Positions 20,700 to 32,575 of a DNA stretch of 37,178 nucleotides are shown here, piece by piece (the first letter of the stretch is position 1; each line of letters starts with the position of its first letter). A program made the position numbers and the translations under genes. Location of the stretch: positions 186,001 through 223,178 of the forward strand of contig KV454014.1 of the NCBI GenBank assembly GCA_001661245.1, written 5' to 3'. The stretch comes from Pachysolen tannophilus NRRL Y-2460 (taxonomy: Eukaryota). The notes under the pieces are model-generated. The model saw only the letters and a list, made by a program, of their open reading frames with translations. It was not told where the DNA came from and did no database searches.

Positions 20700-23087
20700 T
20701 CAAAGCCTTAATGAATGATAAATTCCATTTGGATTATGAATTCTACTGACACCTGTTCTTACTCTAACTTGGCACTCTTCTTCTTCTTCATCATCTTCTT
20801 CTCCTCTTACATCATCTACTCCACCAGCTTGTTGCGGTCTATCAATCGTGCTATCACGATTTCCAAACACACTATTAGTATTCTTTCTATTGTTCATGCC
20901 TTCTTCAATCTTCATATTTTTTTGTAAATTTTTCAAAAATTTACGATTATTTTTCAGATCCACTGGCAAAATTAAATATATGAAACTTTCAACTGTCCAT
21001 TCGTACCATATTTTTCTATCTTCGTTATCAAAATCTCTTTTAAGTAAAATTTCTACTTCTTGATCATCAGAAAGATATATTGGATTTTCTAAAGGGAAAA
21101 AAGTAGGTAACCAAGAAATTAAATCTTGCGGGAGCAAATAATTTGGGTTATTTGATATAGAGATTCCAGGATATAATTCCAGTTCAAAACAACCCACAAG
21201 ACCATGAATCATACCTTTATGTCGACATTTGAAAGATAATTTTTTAATACGCTTGTTGTGATGGTTATTATTCAATGATTTATGCATATGAGATATATTA
21301 TTTGGATGTTCAAAAGTCCAGGATTCATGAAATTTGGATGATAATAGATCGAACTGATTGTTCAACACAATATACGGTCTATGGAATGCTCTCATATCAC
21401 CTAATTTGCACAAATTCTTGTATACTGTTGGTGCAATGGCAGGAGCAATGTAACTGGTATATGATCTTGGAATGAATATGCAACTGTTTGTCTCTGAATA
21501 ATCGCACCATTTTTCGACTGAATCAAAACATTCTGGTGAGAGTTCATTACAACCAAAGCTTCCTAATAATTCTCCAATGACAAGATTGAACTTTAAAGAA
21601 ATATCATCGTTTTGCCAAAATCTTACATCTTCATTAATAATATTTACTTTATTATCCCATTTCTGTTGATTTTTTTGTGTTAAATAAATTGTTGCATTTG
21701 GATTTTTTTCAACCAGATAAATTTTTATTTTTGATAAATCTAATTTTAAAAAATTTAAAGATGAAAATAATTTTTCTATTAAAGGACCTCTACCTGGACC
21801 TATAATTAATATATTTAAATTTTTAATTTGAATAATATTTTGTGATGATTGAAATGATAATACAGTTTTTTTAATATTTTGAAATTTTTCTAATTTTAAT
21901 AAATCAATTAATGATGCAATCATTGCACGTTCATAATAATCATATTTAATTGAATCTTTTTCAAAAATTTTATAAGTAATATTATCTAAATTATGTTGTA
22001 ATGGTTGTAAAGGAACTTGTAAAGAATCTTGACCAAAAATTTTAGAATATCTATCATTTGTAAATAATTCAATTGGAGAAAGTTGTAAATTTTTATCATT
22101 TGTCTTTGAAATAAATTTTAAATAATTTAAATATGCTAAATCACCAAGATAAATTTCTTCACCATTTTCTAATTTTATAATTGGATGATCATTTTCAATA
22201 GTATTATTAATTGAATTTTTTTTAAAATCTTTATCAACACCATGTAATAATAAAATAGGAGGATTAAACCATTTTTTTTGTATAAATTTCCATAATATGA
22301 TTTGATTAAATTTATTTAAAACTGGATAATTTTTATGATTTAAAATAAAAGAAGAAGTTGAAATAAGAAAAATTTTAACAGGTTCTAATAACCAACGATT
22401 TATAATATATTGTGGTATATTTTTTTTAGGTAATGCTAATGAAACTGATAAATTTTCATTATAATTACATTGTAATCTAATTGAATTCCACATATCCCAA
22501 GTTGATAATGAATCTATAACTGGTACAATTTCTCCAGTTATTGGATTTTCTAAAATTTCTTCACAAATTGGTAATGATATTGAAATATTTAAATTTTTAA
22601 ATTTGTTTAATGCAGTATTTAAATTATTTGTAAAAATTGATAAAGTATTTAAATTTTTAGGAGGTGCAATTAATACCATTGATAATCCAATATGATTTGC
22701 ATATGATAATTCATTCAGTAAAACTTGAAGAGAAAATTCATTAATAATTTGATTTTTACTATCTAATTCAACCCATGAAGAAATTAATCCAACAATTTTT
22801 TTGGTATGATCACCAGTAAATATACCAACTTCTGAAGAATTAGGAAACGGCACTTTTAAAAAATTTAAATCAATTATTTTTTCATCATTATGCTTATTAT
22901 ATAAATCTTTAAAATCTCTAAATGCTTCTTTACAACTTTCTCTATATTTTGCATTTGTAATTGGTGACAAGACATAATCATAACCTAAATTTGTATAATT
23001 TTCACATAACAGCTTATCTGAATTTAAAAGTATCAAACTTGATGGTGAAGGTTTAATACCAATCGACACATAAGGTATATCCGGCAT
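20700..23087 (-). CDS. HSL7: Type II protein arginine methyltransferase (PRMT5/Skb1/Hsl7)
   Basis: PLQPLQHNLDNITYKIFEKDSIKY, IIGPGRGPL, VEKNPNA, GELLGSFGCNELSPEC, SWLPTFFPL, WYEW; ATG at 23087; divergent from CKS1 as in S. cerevisiae. Confidence 0.95.
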   Translation of the reverse strand: MPDIPYVSIGIKPSPSSLILLNSDKLLCENYTNLGYDYVLSPITNAKYRESCKEAFRDFKDLYNKHNDEKIIDLNFLKVPFPNSSEVGIFTGDHTKKIVGLISSWVELDSKNQIINEFSLQVLLNELSYANHIGLSMVLIAPPKNLNTLSIFTNNLNTALNKFKNLNISISLPICEEILENPITGEIVPVIDSLSTWDMWNSIRLQCNYNENLSVSLALPKKNIPQYIINRWLLEPVKIFLISTSSFILNHKNYPVLNKFNQIILWKFIQKKWFNPPILLLHGVDKDFKKNSINNTIENDHPIIKLENGEEIYLGDLAYLNYLKFISKTNDKNLQLSPIELFTNDRYSKIFGQDSLQVPLQPLQHNLDNITYKIFEKDSIKYDYYERAMIASLIDLLKLEKFQNIKKTVLSFQSSQNIIQIKNLNILIIGPGRGPLIEKLFSSLNFLKLDLSKIKIYLVEKNPNATIYLTQKNQQKWDNKVNIINEDVRFWQNDDISLKFNLVIGELLGSFGCNELSPECFDSVEKWCDYSETNSCIFIPRSYTSYIAPAIAPTVYKNLCKLGDMRAFHRPYIVLNNQFDLLSSKFHESWTFEHPNNISHMHKSLNNNHHNKRIKKLSFKCRHKGMIHGLVGCFELELYPGISISNNPNYLLPQDLISWLPTFFPLENPIYLSDDQEVEILLKRDFDNEDRKIWYEWTVESFIYLILPVDLKNNRKFLKNLQKNMKIEEGMNNRKNTNSVFGNRDSTIDRPQQAGGVDDVRGEEDDEEEEECQVRVRTGVSRIHNPNGIYHSLRL

Positions 23088-23147
23088 CCTATCATTAACT
23101 ATCAATATTCCAATACACAAATCAGAAAAAAATCATAAATTAATGAC

Positions 23148-23174
23148 ATATATATATATATATATATATATATA
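23148..23174. repeat. (AT)n microsatellite
   Basis: Uninterrupted atatat... run. Confidence 0.9.
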
Positions 23175-23291
23175 AAGATCATCCTCATCAGCCATCACCA
23201 TCTCAAACCTTCATACAAAAAAATAAATCTTGGGTCGTGTTTTAGCCGCTCAAAATAAAAGGAAAAAAAAAAAGTATGTGAAAATCCGCTG

Positions 23292-23297
23292 ACGCGT
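23292..23297. promoter_or_regulatory. MCB (MluI cell-cycle box) in the HSL7/CKS1 divergent promoter
   Basis: ACGCGT, rare in this AT-rich DNA, between two cell-cycle genes; a PAC core (CTCATC) is at 23184-23189. Confidence 0.55.
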
Positions 23298-23437
23298 TTC
23301 AAAACCTCCTTTTTAAACAAGAATTTATTAATATATTTATATATATAAATATAAATATATATATAAAAATTGTTATTTATAGGTTTAGGATTAGGATTGA
23401 TATCTATTGTTACGGAAGAGATAGGAGATAGGTTGCA

Positions 23438-23844
23438 ATGTCGAATAAACCGAGATATCTTGCAGATAGTGAGCGGGCCAGGGTATTGGAGTTCCAAGAG
23501 ATGATTCATTACTCTCCTCGTTATTCCGATGATGAATATGAATATAGACATGTTATGCTTCCAAAGCCAATGCTAAAAGTTATTCCTCAAGATTATTTCA
23601 ATCAAGAAACTGGAACGCTCAGGATATTATCTGAAGAAGAATGGAGAGGTTTGGGGATCACGCAGTCTTTGGGTTGGGTACATTATGAAACACACGGTAA
23701 GTAAATATTAAAAAAAAAATTAATAGAAGAGAGTTTTTTTTTTTAGATTTTATTAATATGGAACAAACTAACCATCTATTAATTTTATTAGCTCCTGAAC
23801 CACATATTTTATTATTCAAACGTCCAATCAATTTCGGACAGTAA
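23438..23844 (+). CDS. CKS1: Cyclin-dependent kinase regulatory subunit, 2 exons (23438-23696, 23792-23844), 103 aa
   Basis: [21 protein letters not shown]...[21 protein letters not shown] joins to [17 protein letters not shown] after splicing. Confidence 0.97.
23697..23791 (+). other. Spliceosomal intron in CKS1 (95 nt, phase 1)
   Basis: GTAAGT donor, AACTAAC branch at 23766-23772, TAG acceptor; restores the conserved HAPEPH. Confidence 0.95.
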
Positions 23845-24711
23845 GATTTTAAGTGTGAAATTTGTGGACTTTTTTTAAAAAAAAAAATAGTCCAGGTTTT
23901 CCAGACTTTTAAAAATTGTTTTTTTTTTTTTTGTTTTGTTTTGTTTTCATAATTTTTCATGATTTTGGCCTTCATTTTATATTGGAAGGATTGGAGTACT
24001 TCCCTTTTTCTTTTTTTTTTCTTTTTTTTCTTTTTTGATACCCAAAAATTTTGCATTCTCACAACACATATATATATATGTATACTTTTAAATCTAGAGA
24101 AATAACTGACTAGGCTAGGTTTGGTTTTTTAAAAAAAAAAAAAATATATATGTATGTATGTATAGTAAGTAGTTTTTATATATATAGTTTTTATCTGTTT
24201 ATGGTTTTTCAAAGAAAATAAATTAAAAATTACAAAAATAAGAAAAATTATTAACTATATTATTTCGTTCTTGATTTGGGAATTACCAATAATTTATTAT
24301 ATCATCACCACTAACAAAAAGAACAAATTGATATATATATATATAAATCAATAATAATATATGGTATTTATTGTATAGATATATAATACGAGATGTGCGT
24401 ACCGCAGTTTTTTTTAACAATCAAGCACTAGTGTTAGTACTAATTGTGTGCTGCTAAGTGCGCTTATACGTATACGCTCTTTTGTGTGTTTTCGCGTATG
24501 CTTATGTGTACGCTTAATTACGCGGCCACTGCGTATCACATTGAAAAAGTTGTAATTCCTAAAATCGATAAAACAAATTGCAAAACCCTTTTTTCGCTTT
24601 TTCTTTTGAAAACAAAAACAAAAACAAAAAAACAGTTTTCAAATTTTATATATCTCTTTTTCTTTTCTTTTCTTTTCTTCTATAAATGACGGTGGCGGTT
24701 ATTTAATAAAG

Positions 24712-27700
24712 ATGGAATCCGATCAGAATCTATTACTGCTATTGGATTCAATAATTCAACAAATACCTCTGAGTTCTTTTAAAGGCTCAGTGAATCTTGA
24801 AAATGATGGCGGTAATCATGATATTGAACAATTGGATAAAATTAAAACAATGAGAATATTGGTCAATGACGTTTTAACTAGTTATATTGATTGTAAATTA
24901 GGTGCGTATGGATATTTTATGGAGTAATGGTTTTGATTACATTTTCAACTAACATGTTTTTCTTTTTTTTTATTTTAGACGATGGACAAGTAATTATTAT
25001 TATGAAAATTTTAAAAGTTATTCAATATTTGATTTCAAAATCTTATAATGTAATGATAGAATCTAAAGATTTAAGTTATGAAATTTTTTTACAAAAATTG
25101 ATTCCCTTTTTGAATTGCCGTTTATGTGAAGATAAATTAATAAATGAGATCAAATTTACAATATTAAATATGATAAGTATACTACATGAAAAATTACATA
25201 ATTTTAAAATTCAACAAAAAATTGCAAATTTTTTAATAAATAACTTGGAATTAAATTTGAATGCAATTTTTGAACTTAATAAAATAATGAATAATTCCTC
25301 AATATCAATTTCTAATGATTTTTTTGATAATAACAATGAAAAATTAAACAAGTTAAGCATATCGATCCATATATTACAAATTTTAATGAATTATAAATCA
25401 AATAGACTATTATTCTTGGATATTCAACATGATTTTCAATTTGAAAGTTACTCACGCAAACTTTGGTTTTTGTTACAAAGTCATAGTTTAAACATAATAA
25501 ATATCAAAGATAATTTGAAAAATTCATATCAATTATTAAATAAAATTGATGATCTTTCAGTAATATTATTAAACAGTATGAGTTCATCTTTTTTAAATGA
25601 TCATACACCAAAATCTTCTAAAATAACTTTTTTGTTATTAAAATTTAAAGAATTATTAAATTGGGATTATTTACCTTATTTCATAAAATTACAACATGAA
25701 CTTTCAAAAGAATTATTAAAAGTTTTCATCAAGACTATCGAACTTAATTTTGTTAAAAATTTTGAATTAAACTTAAGAATTGCAAATTGTATGGTAATGC
25801 AATCGATCAAAAATGGCAATACAATTAATGTGAATCCAGATCTTATAAAGACTTTATATATTATCACATATTCATTACACAAGTTAAATGCTAAAGAATT
25901 AATTCCTTTAATAGATGCCGATACTACATTAGAAAATATACATATGAATTTTATTGAAACAATTATAAATAATTCAATAACAGCATTTGATGATTTAACT
26001 TTGGAAAATTTAAGGTTATCAATTTTTAAATTAATATTTAAAGAAAATCAATCAATGCAAGAAATTTTACCTTTAATTAATGGTAATGAGTTTATTAACA
26101 TTATTAATGAAAAAGAATATAAAGAAGATCATTCCTTATTTTTGAAAAATTGGTTAAACACTTTAAATTTAAAAATTAAGAAAGAAGAAATCAAATTTGA
26201 ATCAACAATTCAGAAAATATATATTATAAACTCGTTGGGTAATTTTGCTTGCCTATATTCACAAGATTACGATTATGATTCCAAGATCTGTTCTAAGTGT
26301 GATATGCAAATTAATGACACATCTTATGGCTTAAATATTATTGATAAGAATAGAAAATCTTCAAAATATGAACCAGAAATTGTACTAGCATTGCAAATTT
26401 TATTCAAATTTGCCGGAGATGATGAAAATGAAATAGTAAAAGTTCATGTACTATTATCCTTACGCAAATTTTTTGCTTCTTTTAGACCCCCAACAATCAA
26501 TAATAAATGCAAAGTTTGGAAGTTTATACTAACTTGTCTCAGAAGTACTACCCGAGAAATAAGATTACTTTCCAGCAAGTTAATCCCTTATTATTTGATT
26601 ATTCCAGAAGGTAAGGATTATGAAGAAAATTTTCAAATTATTGTTAGCGACTTGCAAATGATTAAGTTTAACGATGCTAAGTTGACTCATCTTGCTGAAT
26701 CGACTGTTATGGCATGGGGTGAATTAGCCATTGTTTCTGGAATAGACGAGAAGCTAGTGTTGATTTTGATGAAATTAATAGATTTTCTTGGATCTGAAAA
26801 TCAATTTCATTCAATGATTGCTTTCCATGAGTTTTTAATAATCTCCAAATCAAAGAAAAAAACTCCTTGGCAACTATTGGCACCTTTTTTACCGAATTTG
26901 AGTGTCATAATCGTTAAGCAAATGAAAAGTAAACCAATTATCTTGGCAAAAATTTGTGAATTAGTTGCAGTTACAGTGGATAGTTTTTTAGCGAGAACAC
27001 AGGCTTATACAGTTCCACATTTATTAACTTATTACAAGCATGATTTGATTGGTGACGTAAGCCAAAAGATTAAAATCTCAAGATTTGAATTAATCCATAA
27101 AAATTTTTCTAGGATTATTGCTTATTTGTTAACTTTTGAAGATAAAATCAGTCAGAAAAAAATCATGCAGATTTTAGGTAATGCGGCTTCTGAATTCAAA
27201 GGAAGACAGTTGACTGAGTTGGTTGATAACAACAGTATTGCAATAAGTTGGGAAGTTTTGAAGATTTATTCCCCTGAATCGAACAATCATCTGAAAATCA
27301 AAAATGCTTTATTGTATATCGCTTCAACATTGCTTCCAAATGAAACTAATCCTTTGGAAGTTTATCTTGAACGAACTATATTAGGTATTGTTCAAAATTT
27401 TTCTGAATCCACATACGATGTGAAAGGCTTACAACCATTCATTGAAAAACTAAGAGCTATTTGGGCCATTGATTGTCTCATAGCAATTAGTGGGAAATCC
27501 ATAGTATCTGCGTTACCTCAGATTATGGCCTGTATACAAACCAATCTTGAACTTTCTCATTTACATTACGAATCTTTAAGGTGTTTGAAAATTTTAATTA
27601 AAAATTTATCTCAGTCGAATTTGTCAATTATATTAGATTTGATCTTATCCTTGATTTTGCAGAAATGGAGTCAATTTAGTGAAAAGACAAAACTAGAATC

Positions 27701-30700
27701 TAAGGAAATCTTGAATATTTTGTTTAAAGAACATGAAGCTTTGATTAAAAAAAAATATTTTAATTATATATTTTCACTTTCCTTCAATCCAGAATTATTA
27801 GGCATTTATAATAATGCAAGAGTTACTTTTCCAAACAGCATCAAAGGTACTTCTTTTAGCTTATTACATGACCTAACTCTCAGGTCCAAGAATGAAAATA
27901 AATTTGTTGTTCTGCAGGCATTATCAGATTTGGAATATTATTTCAAAAAATATCAAAACGAATTTCATTCGTCATACGTGAATAATCCTTCTTTTATAAA
28001 CTACATACCGGTTTTGAGGAGCACTTTGTTAGAAGTATCACACAAATTTAGATCATCTGACGTTGAAATTCCGACAAAATGTGCTATTGTTTTTGGTTTA
28101 ATGGGTTCGCTAGACTTTAATAAATTTAACAATTTTTCTGTAATATCCAGTGATGAGAAAGATCAATTGATAATTTTGAAACAGTTTACAGATAGGAACG
28201 AAGTATATCGATTCCTTATTATATTTGTTAAAAGTGTTTTGGTGAAAGCATTTTGGGCTTCTACAGATCCAGTCAAGCAATTGTTTTTAGCATATGCCAT
28301 GCAGGAATACATGAAACTACTAGAATTAAATGGGATCGATGTGGAATCTTTTTCTAAGGATGAAATCAACAAGACTTCGACGCCCCTGATCATCTGGTCC
28401 AAATTTGACGATATTTCAAAGTCTACTTTGTTGCCATTGTTGAGCTCGAAGTATATCGTCAACGGAAGTAAGAATGAAAACTTAACATATCCAATTTATA
28501 AGACATGGATGAAGCACTCAAAATGGCTTAGAGACTTTACTTTAGATCTATTGAGAAAATCCAAACATGAAGGTATCAATCCTGCTGCTCAAAAAATATT
28601 CCTTATATGTACATCTATCATCAAAGATCAGGATCTATCAATATGCAACTTCATTTTACCGTATGCTACTTTAAATCTTATTTTATGCAAAGATGAAAAA
28701 ATAGAAAAAGAGATTGAAACTGAAATGTTACTGATATTAGGCAGTAATGTTAGCGGTGTAAATGACAACTCCACTGCGGAGCATTTGAAATCTTGCTATC
28801 AGTCAGTTTTTGGTATTCTAGATTACTTCAAAAAATGGTGCTCTGCAAGGAAACAAAAAAAGAAAAGAGCAGACCTTTCATCTATTTCTACTAAAACTTT
28901 TAATGAAGAAACTTCACTAGTTGAAAACTTTTTAAATCGGATGCCCCAGGAGCTCATAGCAAAAAGATCAGCAGAATGTAATTCCTATGAAAGGGCCATT
29001 TTAAACTTAGAAGAAAGTTACAGATCGTCAAAAATTGAAAGGAATGAATTTTTTTCTACCATTCAATCAATGTACGTTGAAATTGATGACTTAGATGCAT
29101 TAGACGGTGTATTGAAAAAATTCTCCACGCAGAGTTTAACAGATAAGCTATTGCAATTTCAATACAGTGACAATTGGAAAATTGCCCAAGACTGCTTTGA
29201 AGCCTTAAGTGAATCTGATTTAAACAGAGAAAAAGTAAAGGATACAACTGATTTGTTGAAATCATTGAATGATTACAGTTTATATGACAGTTCTTTAGAA
29301 AAATTAGATGCTCAGTTATCTTTGTTGAATGGTAATTTGAATATGCTAGCAAGCGAGTGGGTTCGTATCGGATTGAATTCATCAGTTTATGCTGGAAATT
29401 TACATGCTTTAAAAAAATGGATTTATGTCACAGAGTCCAATATCAAACCTTCGTCTTTGACCGACTCTGCTTTATTTATAGATTATGAATTTGCGAAGGC
29501 ATTGGTATTTTTAGCAGAAGATAAAATTGAAGACACTGTAAGCCATATTAATAAGGCATTCCAGTTGTTAGGCTATTCACTTGCAATGTCTAAAGAGACT
29601 TCGTTGTCGAGGACTAGGAGTATAATAAATCAATTACATTGTTTAACAGATTTGAAAGAGATCCTGTTATCTACGTCTAAATCCAAGTCGGAATCTAACA
29701 TAAAAACATTGGACTTAAGATATTCTAATGTTTCCAACGATTTTCAATCTTGCTGGCGTATTCTTTCAACGAGAAGGGCTGCAGACAATTTACATCCCAA
29801 TGATTTTACTAAAAATGATATAAGTAATATTTGGATTGAAAGTGCTAAGATAGCAAGAAAATCTGAGAGATTGGATTTGGCTACTAAATCTATCATGAAT
29901 GCTATGCTTTTGGAAAATCAAAAAGTTGATTTAGAGTATGCTAAGTTGTTATGGGCCCAAGGAGATCATAGTAGAGCATTGAAAGCTATTGATGAATTGA
30001 GATCCAGTGATAACGAAAGAAGCATTAGGGAAAATGCTCTAATTCAATTAAAGTATACTAAATGGTTGGATTCATCAGATAGTGGTAATTCATCAACTAT
30101 TATAGATGAATACAACAAAGCCGCTAAGATGGATGTTAAATGGGAAAAACCATATTACCTTTTAGGTAAATATTTCAATAAAATTTTGGAAAATCAATCT
30201 ATAGTTTCGGAAGATATCAAATCCTCTAAGGATTTTTATGGAGATTACGAAAGAAGATTAGTTTTCAACTATCTTCGTGCTCTTCAATGTGGATCTAAAT
30301 ACTTATTTGAAGCTTTACCAAAAGTTATCACTGTTTGGCTAGATTTTGCTTCCAAATATAAGGACAAAGTTCCAAGGTTTAAGAACGAAGAAATGGCGAT
30401 AGAAAGAAAAAAAATTACGATTTAATAAAGGAGAGTATAAAACAGTCGATAAATCTTATTCCTGCAATATGCTGGTATACAGTTCTTTCACAGTTGATTT
30501 CAAGACTGCTTCATCCAAATCCAGAGGCTCTGGAACAAGTCATGGATTTGGTTTCAAAGATAACAGAGGCATATCCAGAGCAGGCTTTATGGTCTGTCTT
30601 TGCTCAATCTAAATCAACCATTACAGAAAGGTCAAAAATGGGTAATAATATTCTTTCAAACATTATTCAACGGCCAAGTAATCCGGAAGAATCAGTAAAG

Positions 30701-31957
30701 AGGAAAAATACCATCAAATCAGCGATTAACTTGTTTGATGCATTATTAGGTGTCTGTATGAAAGAGGTAAACAAGAAGCGTAGCGACTTGATATTAAGTA
30801 CAGATTTTGGATTTGACCACAAAGTTACTCCTTGTGTCTCTCTAGTAGTCCCTTTGAGATCTAATTTTGAGATTAAATTACCGGCTTCGTTTGATTTATC
30901 GTCAAAGAATTATAAGTCCTTCCCTATAGGTTCCAAAATTACTATAATAAAATTTGATGAACATGTCAAGATTTTGTCGTCAATGCAAAAACCAAGGAGG
31001 TTAGCCATCTTAGGCAGTAATGGTGGTAAATATCATATTTTATGTAAGCCACATGATGACTTGAGAAAAGATGCAAAATTAATGGAATTTACAACAATGA
31101 TTGATCGCTTGCTTAAAAAAGATGACGAATCAGAGAAAAGAAAACTTTCAATTACATCTTATGCTGTTGTTCCGTTGAATGAGACGTATGGTGTCCTTGA
31201 ATGGGTTGATAGTTGCCGTACTATGAGAGATATTGTTTTGAGTTACTTAACTTCTATAGGTAAGCCTCTTGATTTCAGCTTTTGTAAGAAAATGTTGGCA
31301 GAAGATCAATCATTACAAGAAAAAATCACAGGTTTAAATAGATTAATTAAGGAATATCCACCGGTTTTCAGGTTATGGTTTTTAGAGGAATTTCCTGATC
31401 CAAAGGCTTGGTACGGGGCTAGATGTAATTACACGAGATCTTCTGCGGTTATGTCCATCATTGGTTATATTTTAGGAATGGGGGATAGACATGGTGATAA
31501 TATTCTAATGTTAGAGAAGACTGGTGGAGTTTTACATGTCGACTTTGACTGCCTTTTTGATAAAGGTTTAACTTTAGCTGTTCCTGAAAGAGTTCCATTC
31601 AGATTGACGTCAAATATGGTAGATGCATTTGGAATCAGCGGTGTTGAAGGTGCTTTCAGGAAATCATGCGAAGTGACTATGAGATTGGTAAGGAATCATG
31701 AGCCTGCTTTGATGAATATTTTGGAAAGCTTCTTGTACGATCCAATTTTAGATTGGTCAGCTACTAAGCGTAGAAAGAAACATGACAGTCATAATCCGGA
31801 AGTCTCTTTGAATAATATCAAAAAGAAAATCCGTGGAATTGAAAAAGATGCGAGTCTATCATTATCAATTCCTGCTCACGTTGATGCAGTGATTAGTCAA
31901 GCAGTTTCGCCAGAGAACTTGGCTCAGATGTATATTGGGTGGATGAGTTTCATTTAA
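24712..31957 (+). CDS. MEC1: ATR-family PIKK checkpoint kinase, 2 exons (24712-24901, 24979-31957) with an apparent 1-nt frameshift at 30407-30414; ~2389 aa reconstructed
   Basis: HEAT/UME and FAT regions, kinase motifs (KPHDDLRKDAKLMEF; GMGDRHGDNI; VLHVDFDCLF; PERVPFRLT), FATC (NLAQMYIGW); downstream of CKS1 as in S. cerevisiae. Confidence 0.95.
24902..24978 (+). other. Spliceosomal intron in MEC1 (77 nt, phase 1)
   Basis: GTGCGT donor, AACTAAC branch at 24947-24953, poly-T tract, TAG acceptor; joins ORF 24712 to ORF 24927 in frame (G|AC = Asp). Confidence 0.85.
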
Positions 31958-32575
31958 CACAATTTTGGTGTAGGGTGTTCAATTTTTAAAAATTTTATGC
32001 ATATTTTGTTTTTTTTTTGGGGCTTAAAGGTAGGTAGGTATATTTGAAAAATAAATTAATAGTTTTAGTTGTAATTTTAAAACTCTGCTTCTAAATTGAT
32101 TGCATGAAATATATACTACTCTGATAATCTTTTTTGCAGCATGTGAAATATATCTCTATCTATATGTAACGAGGTCGCTTACTAAATACTCTACTTGATT
32201 AAATTTACGACCAACTCTGTTACAAAATATTGCTCTAATCTCAATTTTATGAAAATCAATTACTATTTCAAAACAGTTCAAGTTACACAAGGATCTAGCA
32301 ATTGTTAGTTAAAAAATTAAATTATGAATTATGCAGCAAGGTTGATACAGAATTATTACAAAGATGTATTAAGGTCTTTTTGCAGTTTTCAAGTTATCGT
32401 TTTAGTAAAATGTAAGCCAAGAAAATTTTGCTTCAATTCAGCTTAACAACTCTATAAAACAAATTATAAAAAATCCGTATAAATTTTCCAGTTGCAACTG
32501 CTCTTACAATCAGTCTAACCTAAAATTTCAGCATGTAGTTACTTTAAACCGGCGTTTCTCCTAATATGTGACTAG

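Noticed and set aside
23195..24062. Antisense ORFs (118 and 134 aa) over CKS1
   Set aside because: Antisense shadows and poly-A-derived Lys runs
24444..24689. 81-aa ORF upstream of MEC1
   Set aside because: TTG start, low-complexity end, lies in the promoter; no recognisable family
24712..24927. Independent 71-aa gene
   Set aside because: It is exon 1 of MEC1 reading into the intron
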